Shown here piece after piece: positions 42,138 through 52,316 of a DNA stretch of 64,000 nucleotides. How positions within the stretch are numbered: position 1 is the first letter of the stretch; the number at the start of each line of letters is the position of its first letter. The notes under the pieces were generated by a model that was not told the origin of the DNA, did not search any database, and worked only from the letters and a program-made list of their open reading frames with translations. The DNA lies in contig CAVWLW010000056.1 of assembly GCA_963755715.1 (NCBI GenBank), forward strand, positions 32,001 to 96,000, read 5' to 3'. This stretch comes from an uncultured delta proteobacterium. GTDB taxonomy: Bacteria; Desulfobacterota; Binatia; UBA9968. The position numbers and the translations under genes are program-made.

Positions 42138-42151
42138 CGAAGGAGTTAATC

Positions 42152-43342
42152 ATGCCTTGGACAGCACCGCCGGGAGCCGGCGCGACGGTACACATCTGGA
42201 ACGGTTATTCGCTTGGGGAGCGCGACCGGCGCTGGAAAGCTGTGAGAGAAAATGCCGGTAAGGCCGGCTTCGACTGTATTCTAATCCCGTTGGGCAATGG
42301 AGCGGACGGACGCTACATGACGCAGCTCCGATGCTCGGCCATGGCACTGCCAACCGACGGCCGCGCGCCGATTATTATCGCTGACCGCAGCTCCACTAAC
42401 GCATGGGTGCCGGAGCCTTGGCAAACCGGCCGCGAGTGGGCCGAACCGATGGCCGAAGCACTGCTTGATCTCGGCATGGAGCGCGCGCGCATCGGCGTCG
42501 CGGGCTTGAAAGGCGGGTCTGTCACGCACTGCGACTCGATCGATGGCGTAGTGAACCATACCGCGCTCGAATATGTGAAGAGCAAAGTGCCGAACGCGAC
42601 TTTCGATGATGCGACGGACGTTATCGGCTTCGCGCGCTACGTCAAAAGCGCAGAAGAAATCGCGTTTGTGCGAGAATCGGCGCAGGTCGCGTCAGCGGGA
42701 CTCGATGAGTTGATCAAGCTCGCGCGTCCCGGTGTGGACGCCGGCGCGCTCTATTCCGACGCGCTGTCACGCCTGCTCGAGCTGCGCAGTGAATATTTTC
42801 CATTGACTCTGACCATCGATTCCATCGGCGCGCAAAAACCCAAACGCTATGTCAATCCGCCGATTGGGCGGCGCCTCGAGCCCAACGCGCTGATCACCAA
42901 TGAAGTCAACGCGATTCGCGGCGCGCAACTGACCCAAGTGTGCCAACCGATATTGCTCGGCAAAATTCCCGACGAGTGGAAACCGGTGATCGCGCTGCAT
43001 AAAGAAGTGTATGAAGCGGGCTTGGCGATGATCAAGCCGGGCACGACGTTCGGCGCGTTGAGCGATTTCGTAAATGGCTTCGGCGCCAAACGTGGAATGA
43101 AAACAGTCATGCAGCTGCAAGGCTGCGGCTATGGCGACGACGGGCCGCTGTTCACCGCGAAGGCGCGTAGCGACCGTGTGCGCGATATACCGATTGAAAA
43201 AGGCAACGTGTTCGTCTGGAAGCCACTGGCGATGTCGGCCGATGAAAAGATTCAATTCAGTTTCGGCGGGCCGGTGATCGTCGGGGAGCGTGGCTGCGAA
43301 ACCCTTTTTAAGCGCGAGCACGGGATGGTGGCGATTGCTTGA
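42152..43342 (+). CDS. Second M24-fold paralogue with degenerate metal ligands
   Basis: YSLGERDRRW, ARYVKSAEEI, NEVN...TQVCQP, QGCGYGDDGP, WKP, FGGPVIVGERG. Confidence 0.8.
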   Translation: MPWTAPPGAGATVHIWNGYSLGERDRRWKAVRENAGKAGFDCILIPLGNGADGRYMTQLRCSAMALPTDGRAPIIIADRSSTNAWVPEPWQTGREWAEPMAEALLDLGMERARIGVAGLKGGSVTHCDSIDGVVNHTALEYVKSKVPNATFDDATDVIGFARYVKSAEEIAFVRESAQVASAGLDELIKLARPGVDAGALYSDALSRLLELRSEYFPLTLTIDSIGAQKPKRYVNPPIGRRLEPNALITNEVNAIRGAQLTQVCQPILLGKIPDEWKPVIALHKEVYEAGLAMIKPGTTFGALSDFVNGFGAKRGMKTVMQLQGCGYGDDGPLFTAKARSDRVRDIPIEKGNVFVWKPLAMSADEKIQFSFGGPVIVGERGCETLFKREHGMVAIA

Positions 43343-43362
43343 GCAGCTTCAGCGGAGGCTTG

Positions 43363-44358
43363 ATGTTTAGGTCTGTGTTCACAACCGCCGTCTTGATCTT
43401 GATTGCTCACGCGTATTCAGTCGAAGCGCAAGAGCTTAAGAGAATCACAATGGGGTATCCCTCGCTCGCTTTCACGCAGAGCCATATCTGGGTGGCGAAG
43501 GAACAGGGGTTATTTCGAAAATACGGTTTGGAAGTCGATCCGGTTTTTTTGCGCGGCGGCCAGGTAGCGACGCAAGCGCTCGCCGCCGGCGAACCGCCGA
43601 TCGTGAACGTGGGCACGGTGATTCAAGCTAATCTGACGGGATATAATCTGGTGCTCATCATCAGCATGGAGAACAAATTCTACCAGCTCGTGTTCGTCCG
43701 GCCCGGCATCGCCAGCCTAGAGCAGTTGAAAGGCAAAAAACTTGGGATCAGCGGCTTCGGCTCGATCACGCACTATGCCGCGCAAATTTTACTCAAACAT
43801 CTCAATCTCGAACCCAACAAAGACGTTGCATTGATCGCCGGCGGACCGGACGCGGAGCGACTGGGCGCCATGAGCGCCGGCAAGATCGACGCGTCATTTT
43901 TCAATTTATCGACGGCACCGATCGCGAGAAAAATGGGCTTCGTCGATTTGCTGCAGATTGCCGACTTGGGAGTCGAAGTGCAGGGCAACGGCCTGGCGAC
44001 TTCGCGCGCCTATTTGAAGACCAATAGAGATACGGTGAAGAACGCCATGAAAGGATATCTGGAAGCGATTCACTTTATTTACGCCAACAAAGCGGAGGCG
44101 CAAAAAGTGTTCGCCAAATACATGCGCACCAACGATACTGAGGTGCTGGAGACTTCGTATCAGAATTACGTGAAGACGATCCCGCGCAAACCGGCTTTCA
44201 CGCCGAAGGGGATTCAGTTCATCCTCGACATGCTGGCGCCGCAAATGCCGCAGGCTAAGACGGCCAAACCCGAGCAGTTCTTCGATGCCAGTCTGATGAA
44301 TGAACTGGAGAAAGAAGGGTTCTTCGTCGAAATGGCGAAGCGGTATCCGGCGAAATAG
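43363..44358 (+). CDS. ABC substrate-binding protein, NitT/TauT family
   Basis: Signal peptide, LFRKYGLEV, EQLKGKKLGISGFGS, C-terminal ELEKEGFF. Confidence 0.88.
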   Translation: MFRSVFTTAVLILIAHAYSVEAQELKRITMGYPSLAFTQSHIWVAKEQGLFRKYGLEVDPVFLRGGQVATQALAAGEPPIVNVGTVIQANLTGYNLVLIISMENKFYQLVFVRPGIASLEQLKGKKLGISGFGSITHYAAQILLKHLNLEPNKDVALIAGGPDAERLGAMSAGKIDASFFNLSTAPIARKMGFVDLLQIADLGVEVQGNGLATSRAYLKTNRDTVKNAMKGYLEAIHFIYANKAEAQKVFAKYMRTNDTEVLETSYQNYVKTIPRKPAFTPKGIQFILDMLAPQMPQAKTAKPEQFFDASLMNELEKEGFFVEMAKRYPAK

Positions 44359-44379
44359 AGAACGACGTTCCCTGTCGGG

Positions 44380-44920
44380 TCAAAATGTTTTGCTTCCTTC
44401 CGGCGGTTTTACGTCAAACATTCTAATGACGGTCCCGATGGTCATGTAGTGGCCGAGGAGTCCGACGGCTTCGATAAACTTGGCGCGGCCGAATTCGCTT
44501 TCCATGCGCGCAAACAACTCGTCCGACAGCGTGTGTTCGTGCATGCAGCGTGCGGGTAAACTCGACGAGCAGCCGCTCTCGGCCGGCGAATTGGTCGAGA
44601 GGCGCTTTGGCGCGCAGAGCTTCGATGACTTCCGGACCAATTCCGAATTTATGGGCGCGAATTTCGTGCCGTGACCAGGCGTAGCGCGCGTCGACTTCGC
44701 GCGCGGCGGTCAGGATGATGATCTCGCGGTCGGCGTCGGCGAGCAGAGAGTGATCGCGGAAGTAGTCTTCGGTTGCCGCCAAGTGATCGGCCATTGCCGG
44801 GGAATGCATCAACATGGAATAGGGGCCGCCACCGCCGCTGCGCTTGGCGTGAATGCGGTCCCATATTTGCTGATGATCGGATGTCAGGTCTTCTCGTTTT
44901 ACGGCTGGCAGTCGGCTCAT
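44380..44920 (-). CDS. Carboxymuconolactone decarboxylase-like protein without CxxC (frameshift near 44545)
   Basis: GPYSMLMHSP, DREIIILTAARE..ARYAWSRH, EAVGLLGHY. Confidence 0.75.
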
Positions 44921-44929
44921 ATTTGCTCC

Positions 44930-45887
44930 TTAGTGCAAGGTCATCGTTAGATTCATCAATTTCAATGCGGCCCGGCCGGCGATGCCATAGGGATTGCCTA
45001 TGGTTTCTTGCATTTCGAAGTGATTGAAGCCTTCGCCGACAATCAGCTCGACCGGTTTGCCCGCGGCTTTCACCGCGGCGGCGAAATCGCGATTTTGCCG
45101 CTGGAACTCGGGAGTCTCCTGAGTCCCGTAAGCGACGATGATCGGCGCGTTCAGTTTATCCAAATGACGCTGCGAGCTGAGCGCTTGTTCGATCTCGTCG
45201 GTAAAGTTGACGTATTCGCTTCGCTTCGAAAGTCTGACCGGTTTCAAATCGTACATTCCACTGACCAAAAGGCCGCCCTTAATAACGTTTGCAGGCAGGC
45301 CGAAATCTTTCTGCCAATCGGTGACGAGAGTGCATCCGGCGAGATGCGCGCCGGAGGAATGCCCGGTGATGTAGATGCGATTCGGATCGCCGCCGAAACG
45401 CTGCGGCGTTCCTGTAGACCCAAGCTACCGCGCTGCGAACTTGCCGCGCCATCGGCATTAGATTGCCGCCGGCATTATGCACCTGAACGAAGTCGGGTAT
45501 GACAAAGTGGGCGCCGGCGGTGATAAACATTTCGGCCAAATACGCCGAGTCTCTCGCTTGACCGTTGCGCCACGCGCCGCCGTGAACGAAGATGTTTATC
45601 GGCGCGTTGGGCCGCGAAGTTTTGTAGATGTCGAGCTTTTCATCTTCGGAGGCCCCATAAGCAATGCGCTCCGGCGTGACCCGTTTGAGCATCGCTTCGC
45701 TGGCAAGCCTGCGTCTGGTGGTGATGAATTGTTGGTTGGGTGCATAAACGCTCTGATCGTAGGCGTCGTCGAGCTCCTTTTGATCCATGTCGAGCCAGAC
45801 AAGCGGACCTTTCGTGCGGGGAGAGGATTGCGACAGAGTTTGTCCCGCAGGGGAATTTTCAGCCATATTAATTTCCTGTACTTTCAT
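44930..45887 (-). CDS. Alpha/beta hydrolase, arylformamidase-like (frameshifts near 45400 and 45285)
   Basis: ELDDAYDQ, FVHGGAWR, GHSSGAHL in a shifted frame, SGMYDL, ETPEFQRQ, NHFE. Confidence 0.82.
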
Positions 45888-45918
45888 CGTTCAAAACGTT
45901 CAAGTCGTTCAAACCGTT
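45887..45918. repeat. 9-bp period tandem repeat
   Basis: CGTTCAAAA CGTTCAAGT CGTTCAAAC CGTT. Confidence 0.6.
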
Positions 45919-45953
45919 AGCACGTAAAGGTCAACGCCATGCAGTGCGACGAC

Positions 45954-47018
45954 CTAATTGATCCCATAAAACTTCTTCGCGTTGGTCGCGAGGATCGCTT
46001 CTTTATCATCTTGGTTAACGTCTTCGCGCGCGAGCAACTCGTCGATCTCGTGGCGGCAATGCTTGGCGTCGAAGCTTTCGTGCGGAAAATCGGTGGCGAA
46101 AAGAAACGCTTCATTGCCCGCTTCCTTAATGGCAAATCCCAAACCGCGGTCATCGCAGTCGAAGCCGACGAAAATTCTGCCGGCCTTCACATGCCGACGA
46201 AAATATTCGCTCGCCATGACATCGGGTTGAGAGCTAGGCAAGAAGTCGCCATGGATGTCGACCTGCAAATGGTGCGGATAGGAGCGGTCGAGGCGGTCCA
46301 TGAAAAACGGCACCCACGTGGCGCCGCCTTCGAGAAAACCGACGCGCAGTTTAGGGAATCGATCGAATACGCCGTAGGACAACATCGCAGCGGCTTGCGC
46401 CATGATGCCGAACGGATGACCGAGGGCATGCACGGGGTAATAAACGCCGATCGAATCCATGCCGAGGTGATGGAGCGCGCCGACGTGTATCGCCAGCGGC
46501 GCGTTGAGTTTTTCCGCTTCTTCGTAAATCGCCCAGTAGATCTTCGCGCCGAAGTGGCCTTTGATACCCTCGCCGTTGGACGGCAGCATGGCCCCGGCCA
46601 TGCCGAGCTCTTTCACCGCGCGGCGCATTTCCGCGCATGCGGCATCCGCGTCTTGGATCGGAATCAGCGCCATCCCTTTGATGCGCGGGCTGACGTTGGT
46701 GAATTTTTCGTAGAGCCAATTATTGTACGCTCGACAGGCGGCGATGGCCCAATCTTCGGCGATGATCCGGCCGACGGCCAATCCCGCGGTTGGATATACG
46801 ACGGTCCAGTCGATTCCAACCTCGTCGAGAAAATTCACCCATTCCTGGGGTCCGACGGTGCCGGTGCGCGAGCGCTTTTCGCCACCCTCCAAGAAATGGA
46901 AGTGGATGTGGTCGAATGCGGGGAAAACTTGGCTGCGATTTCCCGGCGGCATGTATTTGGAGATTTCGTCCATACAGGGCCGATCGTTGACGTGGCCATC
47001 GGCGTCGATGATTTGCAT
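45954..47018 (-). CDS. Amidohydrolase_2 family protein
   Basis: IIDADGHV, VVYPT, LAIHVG, FLEGGATW, FATDFPH, NAKKFYGI. Confidence 0.9.
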   Translation of the reverse strand: MQIIDADGHVNDRPCMDEISKYMPPGNRSQVFPAFDHIHFHFLEGGEKRSRTGTVGPQEWVNFLDEVGIDWTVVYPTAGLAVGRIIAEDWAIAACRAYNNWLYEKFTNVSPRIKGMALIPIQDADAACAEMRRAVKELGMAGAMLPSNGEGIKGHFGAKIYWAIYEEAEKLNAPLAIHVGALHHLGMDSIGVYYPVHALGHPFGIMAQAAAMLSYGVFDRFPKLRVGFLEGGATWVPFFMDRLDRSYPHHLQVDIHGDFLPSSQPDVMASEYFRRHVKAGRIFVGFDCDDRGLGFAIKEAGNEAFLFATDFPHESFDAKHCRHEIDELLAREDVNQDDKEAILATNAKKFYGIN

Positions 47019-47150
47019 CAGGTTCGATCCCTTTCACCCGCGATACTGTCACGGCTATAACAAGCCGTCTTGATAGCTGTCAACGCTGGGCCATTTCGAA
47101 TTTCGCATTGACGGCAAAATTCCGATCATGTTAGGAGCAATGCGCAGGTA

Positions 47151-48167
47151 ATGGAGGCAGAAATGAAATGGGTCCGATGGATTATCGTCTTCGGCGTGTT
47201 GTCATCCCAGACTTGTGTCTTCGCTCAAGACGCCAAACTTGTCGAGGCGGCAAAGAAAGAAGGCGCAAAGGTTATCATCTACGGGTCGCTGGAGACTCCG
47301 GTGTTGGAGGGAGTGATCCAGGCGTTTCGCAAGAAGACCGGGATAACGGCTGAGTATTGGCGCGCCTCGGCGATGAGCGTGATGAATCGGGCGATGACCG
47401 AATATCGCGCTGGAAAACCCGGGTACGATGTCGTGCTCAACAATTCCGATCCGCTCGTCATCATGGCGAATGAGGGCATACTGGCCCAATACGATTCTCC
47501 CACTGCAAAGAAGTATCTCAAAGATCAGATCGACCCCCGCTTTGGCCCGATCACTCGGTACGGCATCGTCGGTGTCGTTTATCACAAGGGATTGGTCAAG
47601 CCGGATGACGCCCCTAAGTCGATCGAAGATCTCGTCAATCCAAAATACAAAGGGATGCTGGTGATGGCCGATCCGACACTGCACGTGACCACGATCCAAT
47701 GGCTGAGCAGCCTGCATAAGATCATGACCAAGGAAAGAGTCGACAAGTTCATCCGCGACCTGGCGGCAATGAAGCCGACGCTGGTAGAGTCGATGTTGCC
47801 GGCGTCGGAACGGGTGGCCAACGGAGAAATTCCCATCGCCCTCACATTCGTCAAATTTGCTTACAGCGCGGCGCAAAGCGGCGCGCCGCTCGATTATGTC
47901 AGGGTTGACAGGATGCTTGGTGACAGCCACTTTGTCGTGCTTGGCAACAAGGCGCTGCACCCCAACGGCGGCAAAGCGTTTATTGATTTCTATCTCGACG
48001 ACGAGAGCATGAAGATTCTCGCCCAAAACGGGGAGTTCGTTAACCGCAAAGGAATTTACCCGCCGCTGCCTGGCGCGGAGAGGATTCAGTACGTGCAGAT
48101 GGAAGTGCTCGAAGCGAAAGCATTCGAGGATAAGAAAAAAGAATTCGGCAAGATATTTTCAAAATGA
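47151..48167 (+). CDS. Extracellular solute-binding protein (Fe3+/thiamine-type)
   Basis: Signal peptide, AAKKEG, APKSIEDLVNPKYKG, KALHPNGGKAFIDF. Confidence 0.88.
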   Translation: MEAEMKWVRWIIVFGVLSSQTCVFAQDAKLVEAAKKEGAKVIIYGSLETPVLEGVIQAFRKKTGITAEYWRASAMSVMNRAMTEYRAGKPGYDVVLNNSDPLVIMANEGILAQYDSPTAKKYLKDQIDPRFGPITRYGIVGVVYHKGLVKPDDAPKSIEDLVNPKYKGMLVMADPTLHVTTIQWLSSLHKIMTKERVDKFIRDLAAMKPTLVESMLPASERVANGEIPIALTFVKFAYSAAQSGAPLDYVRVDRMLGDSHFVVLGNKALHPNGGKAFIDFYLDDESMKILAQNGEFVNRKGIYPPLPGAERIQYVQMEVLEAKAFEDKKKEFGKIFSK

Positions 48168-48673
48168 TCACTGCTCGGGCGACCGCCATAAGCGCAGGAT
48201 TGCTTCTTTGGTTTGGAGTGTCGGTTGGCAGCGCGGCATCAATCGAGCAAAATTCCTCCGTCCAGTTCGCAGTCACCGATCCGCGGGCCAAGATAACCGA
48301 ATCCTTGAGTCCGCACTTGGTGCTGAAGATCCGCGGGTCCGTCGATGCGCAAGGACGCCGATACGGATGGGATATTGCGGTTATCGACCGGCGGCTCGGC
48401 GACTATCCGAATTTTCTGTACGATTGTTTATGTGGGCACGGGCCGCGGCCCAACGATCTCTACGCGTGGCACTTTCGCGAGATGCTCTATCCGCCGAAGC
48501 GAGTTCTGCCAGTGTATGGTTATCCCTTTGAGATTCGCGTGGCCTGTAAGGACTGCCGAATTGACGGCGACACCGCCGCAGACGCACACTTTACCGCGGG
48601 AGTAGTCGAAGTGACATGGCGACGGCTGCCAAAGTCTAATCCGCGGCAAAGTACCCTTGCGGACTTTCGCTGA
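48164..48673 (+). CDS. Hypothetical secreted protein
   Basis: ATGA overlap with the SBP stop, signal-like N-terminus, CLCGHGP and CKDC motifs. Confidence 0.6.
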   Translation: MITARATAISAGLLLWFGVSVGSAASIEQNSSVQFAVTDPRAKITESLSPHLVLKIRGSVDAQGRRYGWDIAVIDRRLGDYPNFLYDCLCGHGPRPNDLYAWHFREMLYPPKRVLPVYGYPFEIRVACKDCRIDGDTAADAHFTAGVVEVTWRRLPKSNPRQSTLADFR

Positions 48674-48749
48674 TTATTTAATTGTTCGGAATGAGACTTG
48701 GGCGATAATTATTTAGGTCAAAATCCCAGCGCAATGGCGCTGCATTCTC

Positions 48750-49028
48750 TTACCAACGGAAGAGCGTCATCGGATTGAGTGGCTTTGGTTGCTTATTTTT
48801 CGCGAGCTGCTCGTTGGATTTCGAGCCCGCATCTTTCGCATCCCGTTGCGCGGCAGTGGCCTGCTCCTGAACGTACTGTTCGAAGTCCTTCTGCGGCGGT
48901 GTCGGAACTACTTCGAGCTCGATGGTCATGCGACGCTTGTCAGCTTCCGGATTTTTCAATTCCAACGCAGAAGCGGTAGCTGCCCTGACGATAAAAACGA
49001 ATGAAAATATAAAAATGCCGAATTTCAT
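48750..49028 (-). CDS. Small hypothetical secreted protein
   Basis: Signal peptide (TASA-L), C-terminal LFRW. Confidence 0.6.
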   Translation of the reverse strand: MKFGIFIFSFVFIVRAATASALELKNPEADKRRMTIELEVVPTPPQKDFEQYVQEQATAAQRDAKDAGSKSNEQLAKNKQPKPLNPMTLFRW

Positions 49029-49053
49029 TTTTGTACCTTCGCACTGTTAAAGT

Positions 49054-49069
49054 AGCAATCCGCGAGCCA
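49054..49069 (-). promoter_or_regulatory. Putative sigma54 -24/-12 promoter
   Basis: Minus strand TGGCTCGCGGATTGCT, 25 nt before the ATG at 49028; AT-rich upstream region. Confidence 0.55.
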
Positions 49070-49223
49070 ACAGAAAGTAGCTGAAATGATGGGATTTGCG
49101 TATTTTCGGCTGATAGGGAAGAAGAGAAATTCCTGCTCCGGGAGCCGTAAAATTTATGCGGTAGCCAAAATTCGAAGATTTTGTTTAATAGTGGAAATCT
49201 TTAAAATTGATGGCAGGAAAAAT

Positions 49224-50665
49224 CTATCTAAGGCCAAAAAATGCGCGACCGTATTTTCCTAGCACTTGTTTTCTAAGATCCGGGCTCGTCTCGGCTACTT
49301 CGGGAAATTTGCTCATCCATTCGTAGGGCCGGCATGCTTCGATCACCGCACGCGAATTCAGCAATACTTTAGAGTCCGGATGAATCATCGGATCGAGAGA
49401 GCTCGACCAGCAGCGGCGCTGGATATCGATGCCGGTTTCCGGATCGCAGCGCGTCGAAAGCGCCCAGACGACGTCATCGATGCGAGTCGGATCGATATCG
49501 TCGTCGACGACGATGGTGAAGCGATTCTGATAGCCGCCGGAAAAACACTGCGACGCGATCACACCGGCTTGTTTGACGTGACCGGGATAGCGCTGCTTGA
49601 TGGCGACGACGGTAAACTGCCGCGGTCCGGGCTCGTGCGACCAGACGCCGCGAATGTCCGGCACGCCGGCTTTCTCCAGCTCTTCCCACACATGCGCCGA
49701 ACGCGTGATCGCGCGCAGCAAGGTCAGCGTGTGCGGCGGCCGCGCCGGATTCGCACAGGAAAGAATCGGATTGTTGCGGTGGAGGATCCGCTTCACGCGG
49801 ATAAATGGCTCGAGGCTTTTCGGGCTGGCGTAGTAACCGGGCCACTCGCCGAACGGTCCTTCTTCCTTCAACTCACCGGGTCTGATTTCGCCTTCGAGAA
49901 CAATTTCCGCATCCGCCGGATACGGCAAGACCGGTGATGTCGCTGCGAATCACTTCGATCGGCTTTCCCTCGGAGTCCGCCGGCGAAGTCGAATTCGCTG
50001 ATACCCGCAGGCACAGGACAAGACGCGGCAAACCAAATCAACGGATCGCTGCCGAGCACGATGTTGACCGGCATCGGCTGATTTTTCTCGAAGTATTTTT
50101 GTTTATGAATGTAAGCGTGCTTGCCCGGGCCGATATAGATTCCGGCGGTGTTTTGATCCTGCGACATGATCCGATAAGTGCCGACGTTCACCCAATCGGA
50201 ATCGGGATCCTTGGTGATGACCAAGTGGCCGGTGCCGAGGTAGCGTCCGCCGTCTTTTTCGTGCAGCAATGGGGCGGGGAAATCTAAAAGATTGACGCGG
50301 TCTCCCTCCCGGACGTTTTCATGCGCCGGCCCGGTTTTCACTTCGGTTCTCGGCACCGGTACGCAATGCTTGATCTTCTCATGATAGATTCGGGTAAACT
50401 CCAGCACGTGATTGAATTCTTCGTTGACTCCGAGCGTCAGCGCGATGCGTTGCGGGGAGGCGAAATGACCGAAGAGCGTGCGGTAACCAGGCTTATGATC
50501 TTTAATGTTGTCGAAGATCAGCGCCGGGGGATAGGGTGGATGCTCGCGATAGAGCACGTCGACGATGGCGCCCATTTCGAGATTCCAATCGACGTTTTCG
50601 AGCGTCGTGAGCTCGCCGCGCTGGCCGATTTTATCGAGCCAGTCGCGCAGGCCGTCATAGTTCAT
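49224..50665 (-). CDS. UbiD-family prFMN-dependent (de)carboxylase (frameshift near 49925)
   Basis: VDWNLEMGA, PALIFDNIK, HEKDGGRYLGT, NVGTYR, EGPFGEWPGYY, VDDDIDP..VVWALSTRCDP. Confidence 0.9.
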
Positions 50666-50751
50666 GATGGCTCCTTAGGAAAATTCATTAACCGCAAAGA
50701 TCGCAAAATAGGGGTGGTGTTGAAACCCGCTGCTACGTCGGAATGATTTCA

Positions 50752-52230
50752 TCACACCAGGTTTGTGGACTTGGCTGATTTTCCAAGCGTCAGTGAGACT
50801 CCGTCTCTGCTGATGTAGAGATGATTGCAGTCTTTCTTTTTGCTGAGTCGTTCGATCAGGTGCAACAGCGATTGTTTGCCGTCGAGTTGCGGCTTGGGCG
50901 CGCCGTTGGCCAGCAGCGCATCGACCGCATCGGGGCCGGCGTAGACGCGCAGCAGGAGTTCTTCGTCTGAAATAGTCGCGCCGAACTTTTGCCGTACCTG
51001 GTGCAAACTCAGATCCGACGGCTGCCAGGCTTGCCAATCCTTGGCGCGAGCGCGGCTCAGTATTTTGTCTTTGACGTCGGCGTCCATGATTTCAGTGGCT
51101 TCTTTGCCCCATATCCCCAGCGCGTATTGAATGACTTGATCGGTGACTTCTTTGTAGCGCTCGCCGACGATGACGTTGATCGCCGCCTGGCTCACAACGA
51201 ATTGTGAAAGCGGCGTGACCATGATCGGATAGCCAAAATCCGCGCGCACTCGCGCCGCTTCTTCCAGCGTCTCTGGCAACTTGTCTTCCTTGCCAATCAG
51301 GCGCAGCTGATGGCGCAGATTGGAGATCACGCCGCCGGGAACCTGATGCAGATACTGCGACTCGTCGTAGGCGAAGGGTTTGCCGATGGCAAGTCCTTGG
51401 GCTTTAGCGACGGCGGTGAAATGTTCTTCGACCGGCTTTACTTCTTCATCATGCACCACCGGCGCGTAGCCGAGGGCGCGCAGATTTCTCGCGACATTCA
51501 AAATAGATGGTTGCGACGAGCCGTTGGCGAGCGGTGGCACCGCCGTGTGCAGCGAAGTGATGCCGAGCTTCACCGCCTCGATATAGCAGAGCGTCGCCAG
51601 ACCATTGTTGCAATGGGCGTGATATTCCACCGGAACGGCGCCGGCGTTCGTCAAAATCGCCGGCAGCAAAGTTCGCGCGCGCGCGGGTGTCAGCAGACCG
51701 CCGACGTCTTTAAAACATATTCGATAGGGCGCGATGGCCGCCGCTTCACGGGCTTTTTGCGCGTAGTATTCATCGGTGTGACGCGGTGAAACTGAGTAGA
51801 TCAGATTGACGACGGTTTCCATGCCGATCGCGCGCAGCTCGCGCACTTCGTCTCTCATTGCTTCGAAATCGTTCCAGCAATTGGAAGTCCGGGTCAGCGT
51901 GATGCCGTAGGAGACGACGCGCTCGGCTAGGAGCTTCAGCGCTGCATGCGGCAGCTTTTCCATGGCGCCCGAGCCGTGCAGTCCGCCATGATTGCGCAAT
52001 CGCGTGTGGCGGAAGCGTTTGGTTCCCTCGCGCACCCAATCCCAAGGATTTTCCTTGAGCTCGCGGACGTATTTCTTGATCATGATCGAGACGAAAAATT
52101 CCATCGATTCGAAGCCGATGCGATCCATTTGCGCCGCCGCGCCAAGCATCGCGTCGGTTTTCATCCCCAGCGCCCAGAGACTTTGCTGGCCATCGCGCAG
52201 GGTGGTGTCGACGAAGGAGATTTCGCTCAT
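50752..52230 (-). CDS. Pyruvate/oxaloacetate carboxyltransferase-like subunit (PycB/OadA/5S) lacking a biotinyl domain
   Basis: DTTLRDGQQSL, ENPWDW, FKDVGGLL, HAHCNNG, HQVPGG.ISNL, GYPIMVTPLSQFV; no EAMKM motif. Confidence 0.87.
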   Translation of the reverse strand: MSEISFVDTTLRDGQQSLWALGMKTDAMLGAAAQMDRIGFESMEFFVSIMIKKYVRELKENPWDWVREGTKRFRHTRLRNHGGLHGSGAMEKLPHAALKLLAERVVSYGITLTRTSNCWNDFEAMRDEVRELRAIGMETVVNLIYSVSPRHTDEYYAQKAREAAAIAPYRICFKDVGGLLTPARARTLLPAILTNAGAVPVEYHAHCNNGLATLCYIEAVKLGITSLHTAVPPLANGSSQPSILNVARNLRALGYAPVVHDEEVKPVEEHFTAVAKAQGLAIGKPFAYDESQYLHQVPGGVISNLRHQLRLIGKEDKLPETLEEAARVRADFGYPIMVTPLSQFVVSQAAINVIVGERYKEVTDQVIQYALGIWGKEATEIMDADVKDKILSRARAKDWQAWQPSDLSLHQVRQKFGATISDEELLLRVYAGPDAVDALLANGAPKPQLDGKQSLLHLIERLSKKKDCNHLYISRDGVSLTLGKSAKSTNLV

Positions 52231-52240
52231 AGGTAAGAAA

Positions 52241-52315
52241 TTGGATTACTGGAGTGATGGAGTGTTGGGTTCAGGAGCCGCAGCACTCAAACACTCCAGT
52301 AATCCACTACTCCAA
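52241..52315. repeat. Intergenic inverted octamer repeats
   Basis: TTGGATTA CTGGAGTG ATGGAGTG TTGG...CACTCCAG TAATCCAC TACTCCAA. Confidence 0.7.
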
Positions 52316-52316
52316 T

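Noticed and set aside
3071-49928. Programmed ribosomal frameshifting as the explanation for split genes
   Set aside because: Break points share no slippery motif and occur in families not known to recode; assembly indels are more parsimonious.
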